Positions 35,862 to 45,300 of a stretch of DNA of 64,000 nucleotides are shown here, in pieces. Made by a program: the position numbers and the translations under genes. Under the pieces are notes generated by a model. The model had not been told where the DNA came from. It saw nothing but the letters and a program-made list of their open reading frames with translations, and ran no database searches. Each line of letters opens with the position of its first letter. Position 1 is the first letter of the stretch. The DNA comes from Bryobacterales bacterium (lineage in GTDB: Bacteria; Acidobacteriota; Terriglobia; Bryobacterales; Bryobacteraceae), in the NCBI GenBank assembly GCA_963765185.1, contig CAVXWB010000142.1, forward strand, positions 1,895 through 65,894, in the 5' to 3' direction.

Positions 35862-37230
35862 GGAACGAATTTAGCGGCGCTTGCGGCCGCGCGGCCCATG
35901 CGGATGCAGTCCGGGATGCCGATGCCGGTGTAGCCGTTGCCGGCCAGGTAGAGGCCGGGGATGGCGGCGGCTCGCGATTGAATTTCTTTTAATCGCGCGG
36001 AATGGCCCACCGTGTATTGCGCCATCGATCGGGGCCATCGCGAAATGGAAGTAAACAGGGGCGCCGAGGTGAGGCCGAGAATCGTGCGCAGTTCCTCGCG
36101 CGCCATACCGGTGAGAGTTTCATCGGATTCATCGAGCACGCGGTCGTCGCCGGCCCCTCCAAAAAAGCAGCGCAGCAGAATCCGGTCCGCAGGCGCGCGA
36201 CCCTCGAACTTGGCGTCAACAAAGGTGCACGCGGCCATGCGCCGGCGCTCCACGCGAGGGATCAGGAATCCATGACCGGCGCGCCGGCCATCGAAAGTGC
36301 CGGCGTCGTAACACATGGCGACGGTGACCGAAGAGGTGTACGGAATCTCGTTGAGCAGCCCTCCCAGTGCTGCGTCAAGAGGAGCAACCAGCCCGGCCGC
36401 GGCCCATGCCGGACACGCCAGAATTACGCTCGATGCTTCCATCCACTCTCCACTCACGCGGACGCGGAATCCATTCCCGCTACGCTCGATTGTTTCCACC
36501 GTGCCGCGCCGCACCGTGAGCCCCTCGGCCAGCTTCGCGGTCAACGTGCCCAGCCCGCCCTTGAGAGTCCGAAACAGCGGACCGCTTCCGCCTCCTTGTG
36601 ATTTTGGCGCGCGCTTCTGCTTCAGCACCGCGCGGGCGAGGCTCCCGGACTTCAATTCCATCTCGGCGAACGCGCCCAGCACGCTGACCACGCTCATCTC
36701 GCGGGGATCGCCACCGTACACGCCGGAGAGCAGAGGCTCGGCCAGATAGTCGAGCGTCTCCTGTCCGAAGTGGTCGACGACAAAATCGGCGACGGAGCGG
36801 TCGGGATTCGGACACGGGCTTGCGGAACAGCTCCAGGCCCATGCGCAGCTTGGTTCCCCATCCCAGCAGCGGTGACTTCGAGCAGGGGCCAGACCCGCGT
36901 GGGCACGATCATGCGAATGCCCTCGGGCAAGCGGACCAGCCGGCCGCGGCGCAGGATATAGGTGACCCGAGTGGCGTCGTTGGACCCGATGACTTCCTGC
37001 TCCAGGCCCAGCTCCTTGATCAGCGCCAGCGCTTCCGGCTTTTGGGAGATGAAGCTGTCGGGGCCGCCTTCGATGATGCAGCCGTCGCGAGCCGTGGTTT
37101 GAATGACGCCGCCCAGCCGCGGCAGCTTTTCGATCAGCGTATACGGCGCGCCGGCTTTGGCCAGATCGTAGGCTGCGGAGAGACCGGCGATGCCTCCGCC
37201 AACAATGACAACGCCGACGCCTTGAGACAC
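35858..37230 (-). pseudogene. hemY: Protoporphyrinogen/coproporphyrinogen III oxidase (HemY family) with two apparent frameshifts
   Basis: The N-terminus 'VVIVGGGIAGLSAAYDL...IVPTRVWPLL' is in frame A. 'SPLLGWGTKLRMGLELFRKP' is in frame B. 'PDRSVADFVVDHFGQETLDYLAEPLLSGVYGGD...YLAGNGYTGIGIPDCI' is in frame C. The junctions are near 36876-36884 and 36800-36822. Confidence 0.8.
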
Positions 37231-37239
37231 GCGGGGCCG

Positions 37240-38292
37240 TTACAGCTTGAATTCGCGCACGATTTCCACGCACGCCTTGACGTTTTCGACGGGCGTTTCT
37301 GGGAGGATGCCGTGGCCGAGATTGAAGATGTGGCCGGGGCGCGAGCCGGTGCGGCGCAGCAGCTCGTGTATGCGCATGCGCAGCTCCGGAAGAGGCGCGA
37401 ACAGCGCCGCCGGGTCGAGGTTGCCCTGGACCGCGGAGCGGTAGCTGATGTCCATCCAGGCCTGGTCGATATTGACGCGCCAGTCGACGCCCATCACGTC
37501 GCCGCCGGCGGCGTGCAGCTCGCGGAAGAACCCTGCGGCGCCGGTGCCGAAGTGGATCACCGGGACTCCGGCGGAGCGGATGCGCTCAATCAGCGCGCGC
37601 GAATAAGGGGCCACAAAGCGCACATAATCGTCGGGGCCCAGCGCGCCCACCCAACTGTCGAAGACCTGAATGATGCGCGCGCCCGCGGCCACCTGCAAGA
37701 CTCCGAACGCACCTAGCACATCCACCAACTTGCCCATCAAGCCGGCGCCACAAGGTCTCGTCGCGGTACATCATTTGCTTGGTGCGGACGAAATTGCGCG
37801 AAGGACCGCCTTCCACCATGTAGCTGGCCATGGTGAAGGGTGCGCCGACGAAGCCGATCACCGGAACGCGTCCCGCCAGCGCCTTGGTGACAAGCTGGAT
37901 GGTCTCGCCCGACGTAGCCCAGATCGTCGGTGTTCGAAATGGAGAGGCTGTCGATATCGCTCGAGTTGCGCACGGGATTGTCGATAATCGGGTCCCTCGC
38001 CCGTAGCGAAGCGCAGCTTGAGGCCCATGGGCTCAACCGGCAGAAGCAGATCGGCGAAAATGATGGCGGCGTCGACGTCCAGAATCTCCACCGGCTGCAG
38101 CGTGATCTGCGCGGCCAAATCCGGGCGTTTGCACAGTTCCAGGATTCCGTGCTTGGCGCGGATGTCCCGGTATTGCTTCATATAGCGGCCGGCCTGACGC
38201 ATGAACCAGACTGGCCGGACGTCGGTGGGCCTACGGCGGCAAGCTTCAAGAAAGCGGCTGTTCATGGGAGCCACACGCATGTTAAGTTCCAC
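37240..38292 (-). pseudogene. hemE: Uroporphyrinogen decarboxylase with three apparent frameshifts
   Basis: Four consecutive pieces are '[13 protein letters not shown]...FATGEGP', '[27 protein letters not shown]', '[34 protein letters not shown]...ETLWRRL' and 'MGKLVDVLG...IFNLGHGILPETP'. They lie in frames 0, 2, 1 and 0. The junctions are near 37990, 37909 and 37740. Confidence 0.8.
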
Positions 38293-38407
38293 TTACTCCT
38301 ATTGGTAACGTTCTCAAAATAGGGTTCCGGGCGCGGATCGCCCGCCCGTGATTAGGGGTGCCTGCAACCCAACTTAGCACACAGGAGGGCGGCGAATCCG
38401 CATTTTT

Positions 38408-38764
38408 TTACGATTTTGGCCGGCCGCGGCGGATGCGCTTCAGGATTTGCGGAGCCTTGGCGGCGAGCGCTGGAGGAAGGTCCGCCTCAAAGTATAATTC
38501 GGGCATATGGTAAAGCTGGAGGCGCTCCGATAACTGTACTTTTATGAACTGTTTAGCATGGTTGATGGCTTCCAGAGTCGCGGCCTGCTCCGGCTCCGTG
38601 CCGGCGAGTGATAGACGCACGTTGGCGCGGCGAAAATCGGGCGAAAGGAGGACTTCCGTGACGGTGGCGATGCCGACGCGCGGATCGGACAACTCGTAGG
38701 AGATCAGCTCGGTAAGCTCCTCGCGGAGGCTCTCAGAGACGCGTTCGTTGCGATGAGGGTCCAA
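38408..38764 (-). CDS. rbfA: Ribosome-binding factor A
   Basis: 118 aa. 'RNERVSESLREELTELISYELSDPRVGIATVTEVLLSPDFRRANV' is present. Confidence 0.9.
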   Translation of the reverse strand: MDPHRNERVSESLREELTELISYELSDPRVGIATVTEVLLSPDFRRANVRLSLAGTEPEQAATLEAINHAKQFIKVQLSERLQLYHMPELYFEADLPPALAAKAPQILKRIRRGRPKS

Positions 38765-38786
38765 ATTTCAGAATACAATAGCTAGG

Positions 38787-39470
38787 GTGAAAGCGGTCCT
38801 TTTTTCGCTGCTCGGCTTTTGCGCCTCAGGCTGGACGCAATCGATCAGCGTGTACTCCGAGTTCGCCCAGATCGACGCGTCCGGCAAGGTAATCGCCCCG
38901 GAGACGCCTCGGGAGATCTTGTCACCCGCGGTCGTACGCAATGGATTTACTTCGTTTCAGGTAGTGGTGGAGGCTCCGGCGGAAGCCAAGTGGTGGCTCT
39001 TCGTGGGGCAGAATCCGGAGAACTCGGTCAAGGTGACGATGTACCGTGAAGCAGGGGCGTCGCTGGAGCCGGTGGATCTGCCCTTGGCCAGCGCGGGAAC
39101 GCAGGTGTTTTGGATGGATTTGTGGGCGGAGGGGAACGCACCGGTCCAAAGGATCAAAGTCGAGGCGGAGCTGAACATCAACGGCGATTGGGTCACGTAT
39201 CCGATCGAGGGCCGGGTGATGGAGGCGCGAATTCCGCCGGGGCGAGTCCCTTCTGCGTCCTTGCGCAACTACATCTGTGGGTTGGCGGCATCGATTCCAC
39301 CGCTGGAGGGCCCTCGCCTCCGCAACAGCGAACAGGACGTGAAGCTGGTGGACGCCCACCCGGCGGTGAAGGAGGACGTCAAGAAACTGCTGGGCGGATG
39401 CGATGCGAAGCCCCCGTCCGATCCCGAGTGGTACCTGCCCATTCGTGACTACCTGTTGCGCCTGCGCTAG
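38787..39470 (+). CDS. Hypothetical secreted protein
   Basis: A GTG start gives 'MKAVLFSLLGFCASGWTQS'. No domain was recognised. Confidence 0.5.
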   Translation: MKAVLFSLLGFCASGWTQSISVYSEFAQIDASGKVIAPETPREILSPAVVRNGFTSFQVVVEAPAEAKWWLFVGQNPENSVKVTMYREAGASLEPVDLPLASAGTQVFWMDLWAEGNAPVQRIKVEAELNINGDWVTYPIEGRVMEARIPPGRVPSASLRNYICGLAASIPPLEGPRLRNSEQDVKLVDAHPAVKEDVKKLLGGCDAKPPSDPEWYLPIRDYLLRLR

Positions 39471-39544
39471 ACTGAGTACTGCGACAGGCGTTCTTGTTAA
39501 GGTGCGGAGCGCACAGCGGTAGCGTTGTGCGCGTTTCAAGAAGT

Positions 39545-39634
39545 GGAGAGATGGCCGAGTGGTTGAAGGCGCACGCTTGGAAAGCGTGTTTAGGGGAAAC
39601 TCTAACGAGGGTTCGAATCCCTCTCTCTCCGCCA
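39545..39634 (+). tRNA. tRNA-Ser(GGA), class II with a long variable arm and encoded CCA
   Basis: Acceptor GGAGAGA/TCTCTCC, anticodon stem CACGC/GCGTG with loop TTGGAAA, long variable arm, T-arm GAGGG-TTCGAAT-CCCTC, discriminator G and CCA. Confidence 0.9.
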
Positions 39635-39668
39635 GATTCGGAATTCCTTCCTGGAGACTGAGGGTCCC

Positions 39669-40415
39669 ATGAGCGACGGCCGTCATTTCCCCATTCAGTC
39701 GTTTATCTGGTCCGTCGTGTTGGTCGCAGCCGCAGCCGGCAGCGTCTATCTGGCGTATGAGCTGGTGATCGTGCCGCGGCGGGCGCTGCAGGACCAGATC
39801 CGCGATCAGAAGGAGACCATTGGCAAGCTCGAACAAGACAAGCAGCGCCTGGAAGTCTACCTGAAGATCCTGAAGCATATCGACCGCCGGGCCCGGGTCG
39901 AGGTCCTGCGGCAGACCAAGGACCCACAAGGGAACCTGCAAACCACGATCCGCTTCACCGAGACCGACGACGCCGGCAAACCGATTGCTGTTTCCCGAGA
40001 ACTGACTCTACCGGGGCAAGACGTCTATTTCGATACCCTGGTGATCAAATTCGACGACCATTTCGTCGAGGAAGACGATCCCTTGAAAGGCCACGCGCTC
40101 ATGCTCTTCCGGCGGATCTTTTCGAGCACCATGCGGGCCGAAGATGGCTTCGTCATCGACCGGGAGGGCCAGGCGCCCGAGATCTACGCCGAGCGGCAAG
40201 CTCCCAGCGAATTCGAGAAAGATCTCTGGAAACGCTTCTGGGAACTTGCCAACGACGAAAAACTGGCCAAGGAGCGCGGCGTGCGGGCGATCCACGGCGA
40301 CGCGCCCTACATGCGCCTGGAGCCCGATCGGGTCTACGAGATCTCCCTGAGGTCGACCGGAGAAGTCATCATCACGCCCGGAGCGCGGTTATCTCCCGCG
40401 CAGACGACTCCGTAG
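39669..40415 (+). CDS. Hypothetical membrane-anchored protein
   Basis: 248-aa ORF with an N-terminal TM 'FIWSVVLVAAAAGSVYLAY'. No domain was recognised. Confidence 0.55.
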   Translation: MSDGRHFPIQSFIWSVVLVAAAAGSVYLAYELVIVPRRALQDQIRDQKETIGKLEQDKQRLEVYLKILKHIDRRARVEVLRQTKDPQGNLQTTIRFTETDDAGKPIAVSRELTLPGQDVYFDTLVIKFDDHFVEEDDPLKGHALMLFRRIFSSTMRAEDGFVIDREGQAPEIYAERQAPSEFEKDLWKRFWELANDEKLAKERGVRAIHGDAPYMRLEPDRVYEISLRSTGEVIITPGARLSPAQTTP

Positions 40416-40516
40416 CGCCCACCGAACAGCGCGACGAAGAGAGCGGATATTCGTGGTGCATGCGGGCGGACCCGCTCCGCATTATGCACGATGACTGCGG
40501 GGATCGAGGACTGCGG

Positions 40517-40912
40517 CTAATCCGGGCGAACCAGGTCCGCGTATTCCTTGTGCTGGCGGATGTACCACGCGACGAACGGACACAGAGGAATGACCTTCAG
40601 ATCCCGCTCGCGGGCAAATTCAAGCGCGGCGCGCACAACCTTGCTTCCCAGGCCCCGCCCTTCGATTTCCGGAGGCGTCTCCGCGTGGGTCAGGGTGATT
40701 TCTTGCGGGGTGCGCCGGTAATTGAGGAAGGCGATCTGCCCGCCGGTGTGCAATTCAAATCGATTCTCCGCTTCGTTGTTCGACACCTCGGCGGGAATTG
40801 CCGTGCTCTCTTCACCCATCGCCCAAGCGGGAGAATCGCTTGCTGGAAACGATTCTCGGGAGGCTTCCTCGACAGGATCGAAAGAGCCGTCCGGATTGTC
40901 GTTAATCTCCAT
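40517..40912 (-). CDS. GNAT-family acetyltransferase (YjdJ-like small type)
   Basis: 'ENRFELHTGGQIAFLNYRR...ITLTHAETPPEIEGRGLGSKVVRAALEFARERDLKVIPLCPFV'. The start is taken at MEIND (40912). Confidence 0.65.
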   Translation of the reverse strand: MEINDNPDGSFDPVEEASRESFPASDSPAWAMGEESTAIPAEVSNNEAENRFELHTGGQIAFLNYRRTPQEITLTHAETPPEIEGRGLGSKVVRAALEFARERDLKVIPLCPFVAWYIRQHKEYADLVRPD

Positions 40913-41126
40913 ACGCCCTTCAAACCGGACGGCTGCACTTCCCGGCGGGGTCAACGTCGGAGTCGGAGGTCACCGGCGCGAACTCAGACCGGCTTAATGC
41001 AGCCGTTCGGCGGAAACGGCGCTGCGTCCAGGGTGGGACTAAGAGCCATTCCCAATTTCTTAGATGCCCCAGATTCAAAACGGTTGCAGAACTGGGGGCG
41101 CGTTGGAAGGGATCAACAGCGGACGC

Positions 41127-41408
41127 CTAACCGGTGGCGGTCCTTTCATCTGAACGGCTGCGTTTCAATTCGGCCACGCCGGCCCTTTTCGCTTCGTTGA
41201 AGGATCGATGCAGAGTTCCCGCGACCGTCCCAACGGTCTTGGATGCTCCTTCAACCTTGGCGGTAAGACTGTCCGCCGCTGTTTCGACCAGCCGCGCGGT
41301 CCACGCGAACGCCGCCGGTACGATCAGCGCCGCGCCCAGGATGCCCAACCCGATGCCCGCCACTACCAGGCCCGAGCCGGCAATCGCCATCTTCTGCTTG
41401 GTTTCCAT
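41127..41408 (-). CDS. Small membrane protein
   Basis: ATG 41408 gives 'METKQKMAIAGSGLVVAGIGLGILGAALIVPAAFAW', followed by an amphipathic tail. Confidence 0.4.
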   Translation of the reverse strand: METKQKMAIAGSGLVVAGIGLGILGAALIVPAAFAWTARLVETAADSLTAKVEGASKTVGTVAGTLHRSFNEAKRAGVAELKRSRSDERTATG

Positions 41409-41594
41409 TTTTCTCGTGACCTCCTCACCCTTATTGAACCAGACTTGACAACGCGCCTGCCTTTCACACAACGCAGCAACTCCTCTCGCCGGCGGCGCTC
41501 TCTCTGGACCCGGCCGTCAAGCCGCCTTTGCGGCTTCGTTTCAAGGAAGTCGACCAAACCGCAAATCCGGTAAAACGCCGGCCCAGACAGCGCT

Positions 41595-42423
41595 CTACGC
41601 GGCCCTGCGCCTCCCCGCCTTCTTCTTGGGTGCGTGGGCGCCGCCCTCAATGGTTGCCCCCGCCGCGGAGGCATCCAAACTGCGCTTCAGCGCGTCCATC
41701 AGATCCATCACGGGTGGCTTGCGGGGTTGTTTGAGAACCGTGATCTTTTGCCCCTTTCGTTTCTGATCGATCAGCCGCTCGACGTTTTCACGGTATTCAT
41801 CCTTGAACACCTGCGGTTTGAAGGGCGCCTTAAGATGATTCACCAGACTCTTCGCCAACTCGAGTTCCTTGGCTGAGTACGTCGCCTTGGGTGCATCCCC
41901 GCGATTGCTCGTGTGCAATTCGTCCGGATAATAGAGCGTGTGGAGGATGAGGCCATCCCGGAGGGACGGATCAGGGCGATGTGTTCCCGGCTGTGCATCG
42001 CGATTTTGCCAATGGCGTCTTGTTTGGTGCCGGTCAAGGCTGCTGAGAAAAGACAGTACGGTTTGCTGGAACTTGTCTCGGCCGCCACGTAATAAGAGGC
42101 TTCGAAGTAGATAGGATCGACTTCGTCGTTAGCCACGAATTGCAAAATGTCTATAGCCGTGGCGGTCGTGGGGGCGATCTTTTTGAGTTCCTCATCTTCG
42201 ACGATGACGTATTCGCCTTTGCCGACTTCGTAACCCTTTACTATGTCGGACCGCTCGATGCGCCTGTTTTACTCGGCACAGTACCAGACCTCTTTTACGC
42301 GGGATTTGTCCTTCTTGGCAGCAGGTGGAAATGGATGGTTTCATTCCGCGCCGCCGAAAACAAGCGCACCGGAAAAGAAACCAGACCGAAGCTAATAAAT
42401 CCCTTCCAGACAATGCCTGCCAT
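41595..42423 (-). pseudogene. ku: Ku (NHEJ DNA-end-binding protein) with two frameshifts and an in-frame TAA
   Basis: 'MAGIVWKGFISFGLVSFPVRLFSAARNETIHFHLL' is in frame 0. 'KKDKSRVKEVWYCAE*NRRIERSDIVKGYEVGKGEYVIVEDEEL...FVANDEVDPIYFEASYYV...HIALIRPS' is in frame 1, with a stop at 42269-42271. 'DGLILHTLYYPDELHTSN...' is in frame 2. The junctions are near 42317 and 41960. Confidence 0.8.
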
Positions 42424-42512
42424 AGCAAGAGCCGCTCCCCCTCGTAGTATAAAGGGCGCAGGCGCCGGTCGGCGAAATCCTGCCCGTCATCAGCGGCTAT
42501 AGTGGGGATAGA

Positions 42513-44177
42513 ATGGCGCTCGAAGAATACAACCGGAAGCGCGATTTCACCAAGACGTCCGAACCCAGACCAGGGCGCGTAAAAAGCCGCGAGCAGAAAC
42601 TCTCCTACCTCATCCAGAAACACGACGCGACCCGCCTGCATTACGACTTCCGGCTGGAACTGAACGGAGTTCTGCTTAGCTGGGCCGTCACCAAGGGACC
42701 AAGCCTCGATCCCGCCGACAAGCGGCTGGCCGTTCGCACGGAAGATCATCCGCTTTCCTACGGCAGCTTCGAAGGAACCATCCCCGAGGGCCAATATGGC
42801 GGCGGCCCGGTGATGCTCTGGGATACCGGCTGGTGGGAACCGGAGGGCGATCCCCGCGCGGGCCTGAAAAAGGGCCATCTCAGATTCATTCTCCATGGCG
42901 ATCGATTGAAAGGCCGGTGGAACCTCATCCGCATGCGAAGCGACGGAAAGAAGGAGAACTGGCTGTTGATCAAGGAAGATGACGACCAGGCCAGCCGTGG
43001 CTCCAACAGCGAATTCCTGGAGGGTTTGTCCTTCAGCGTCACGAGCGGACGCTCGATGGAAGAAATAGCCCGCGGCGACAATGCCAAACGTAAAGCCAGG
43101 GCATCGGCGGTGCGCGAGGCCACAACCATTCCTGCGTCGGAAGCGGCGGCCAGGCCGGCAATCAAATCGGCAAAGCCGGGCACTCTTGTCGTCAGCGGCG
43201 TCGCCATTACACATCCCGATCGCGTCATTTCGGAAACCGGCCATGTCACGAAGGGCCAGCTTGCCGAATATTATTCCGCCGTCGCGCCCTTCCTTCTGCC
43301 TCAAATCATCCGGCACCCTCTAAGCCTTCTGCGGTGTCCGTCAGGCATCGGCGGCAAATGCTTCTTTCAGCGCAATCCCGGCAGAGGCCTGGGTGCGGAT
43401 GTAAAGCCGTTCGAATTCAGGCACAAGGGCAAGAAATACGAATACCTCTTTATCGACGACGAGAAAGGACTGTTGGAACTGATCCAGATGAGTGCGATCG
43501 AACTGCACCCCTGGGGCGCACCCGTCAATGCGATCGATTATCCGGATCGCATGATCTTCGATCTCGACCCGGCGCCGGACGTGCCATTCGAGGCGCTCAA
43601 GCTGGCCGCGCAGGATCTGCGCCAGCGTCTGCAGCGCAAGGGGCTCGAATCAACCCTGAAATGCACGGGCGGCAAGGGATTGCACGTCACCGTTCCGCTG
43701 GCCGGCAAGGACAAATGGCCGGCCGTGAAAGCCTTTGCCGGATCGCTGGCCGGGGAGATGGTCGCCGCCGAGCCCGCGGCCTATGTCGCCACCATGAGCA
43801 AGGCAAAACGGACCTCTAAAATCTTCATCGACTACTTCCGCAACGACTATACCGCAACGGCCATCGCAGACTACGGCGTCCGCGCCCGGCCCGGTGCGCC
43901 GGTAGCCCTGCCCCTCGACTGGAAGGAATTGAAGACTCTCAAATCCTCGAGCCAGTTCACGATGAAGGACGTCCTCAAGCGCCTTCGAAACCGGAAACCC
44001 GAATCGGTCTCAAAGAGAACCCAACAGGTTCTCCCTGCTCAATTGCTGACCCAAAAAGAAACCCGTACAAGATCGAAGCCTATCGCGGGCGGCGGCAGTC
44101 CTGAACTTGCGAGCCTCAGCGCCTTCCCCGGCTCGACCCCAAACGGATCTCCGAATTATTTCTTGTCGAACAGTTGA
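42513..44177 (+). CDS. ligD: LigD-type NHEJ protein with 3'-phosphoesterase and polymerase/primase domains and no ligase domain
   Basis: 'EYNRKRDFTKTSEP...QKHDATRLHYDFRLE' is the PE domain. 'ITHPDRV...LLRCPSGI...IELHPW...DLDP...TGGKGLHV' is the polymerase domain. No KxDG adenylation motif was seen. Confidence 0.8.
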   Translation: MALEEYNRKRDFTKTSEPRPGRVKSREQKLSYLIQKHDATRLHYDFRLELNGVLLSWAVTKGPSLDPADKRLAVRTEDHPLSYGSFEGTIPEGQYGGGPVMLWDTGWWEPEGDPRAGLKKGHLRFILHGDRLKGRWNLIRMRSDGKKENWLLIKEDDDQASRGSNSEFLEGLSFSVTSGRSMEEIARGDNAKRKARASAVREATTIPASEAAARPAIKSAKPGTLVVSGVAITHPDRVISETGHVTKGQLAEYYSAVAPFLLPQIIRHPLSLLRCPSGIGGKCFFQRNPGRGLGADVKPFEFRHKGKKYEYLFIDDEKGLLELIQMSAIELHPWGAPVNAIDYPDRMIFDLDPAPDVPFEALKLAAQDLRQRLQRKGLESTLKCTGGKGLHVTVPLAGKDKWPAVKAFAGSLAGEMVAAEPAAYVATMSKAKRTSKIFIDYFRNDYTATAIADYGVRARPGAPVALPLDWKELKTLKSSSQFTMKDVLKRLRNRKPESVSKRTQQVLPAQLLTQKETRTRSKPIAGGGSPELASLSAFPGSTPNGSPNYFLSNS

Positions 44178-45231
44178 TTGTAGTCGCGATTGTTCTCGCA
44201 GACGAATTCGTCGGCCTTAGTCATGTCGGTGCGGAGCTGGAAGACTCGGCTCACCGTCCAGGGCTTCGCAAAAACATGGGGTCCTCCATCGTCGCATCGT
44301 ACTGGAGGGTATTGAAGTCCGGCCGGCGGAAGCGCTCGACGATATGCAGAGCGTCCGTGTGCCGGTAGCCGCTGATCTCAGTTTTGTCGTTGTACCCGAC
44401 TGAGTCCACCACCAGCGTATCGCCCTCCCAATGACCGATCGAATCGCCCATCCACGTGGGGTCTGGATCTACCGGATGCGGGCCTCCGTCCGTGGGGATG
44501 ATGCGAAAAGTACCTGGGAACCCGTTCAGAATCGCCAGGACATGTGCGCCCTGAACGAACTCAGAATGATAAGGCGCGGCCACGCCCTGCGGCCCGGCCA
44601 ACGGCATGCAATCCGAATATTGGCCCGTATCGTCGGGGCCGCGGACCACCTTGAACTTCTCCGCGCCGGGCTTCTAGGGCGGTTTTCCGCTGGCCGGCAT
44701 TCGCGCCGGCCCGCCGCGCCCGGCCGCCGCCTCGCCCAAACTCCCGACAAGTCGGGTTTGCCATCCGCTGTACGAGGCGTTGCCTTCTCGGTTCACTTCC
44801 CAGGCAGCTATGCCGAACCGGAGTGGTACCCGCAACGTTCACCGTCACCGTGCGTGTCAACTTCTGATCGTTCGGCCCGAGCACCGTCAATGTATAGGTC
44901 GTCGTCCTGGAGGGGAGCCACCTTCACGACTCCGCGCGCAGCGACGCGACCGAGATCCGGGTCAATCGTAATCCCAGTGGGGTCTTCCGTCGACCACGTG
45001 AGGGTCGCCGATTGGCCCGGCGGATCGAACGCGGCTCGGCTCCTGAAATCCACGTTTCGCGCGGCAACGCCTTCGGGCAAAATTGTACGGGTTTCCTTTG
45101 CCGGCCGAGACGATCCCCGATTGAGGCGTTCCAGCGGGCGCCTGGGCCGTCGTGGCAGGCGCCTCAGCCGCCGCCAGCCCTATCGAGCATGCCGCCAAAA
45201 CCGCGCCGAATATACTTCTTGCGATTGCCAT
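44157..45231 (-). pseudogene. Decayed fourth copy of the Ig-like plus C-domain secreted protein family
   Basis: It has an RBS, ATG 45231 and a signal peptide. Homologous pieces then lie in at least four different frames: 'SATLTWSTEDPTGITIDPDLGRV', 'TVLGPNDQKLTRTVTVNVAGT', 'KFKVVRGPDDTGQYSDCMP...HWEGDTLVVDSVGYND' and 'DEFVCENNRDY'. There is an in-frame TAG at 44674-44676. Confidence 0.7.
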
Positions 45232-45300
45232 TCTATTTGCCTCCTTGCCTATTCGTCCGCCACGGGTCCGACCGGAGCTTCAGTTCCTTGACAATTAATT

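Noticed and set aside
39545-45300. Possible genomic island integrated at tRNA-Ser, because several damaged or accessory genes lie downstream.
   Set aside because: I saw no integrase or recombinase, no direct repeat of the tRNA 3' end, and no obvious compositional break.
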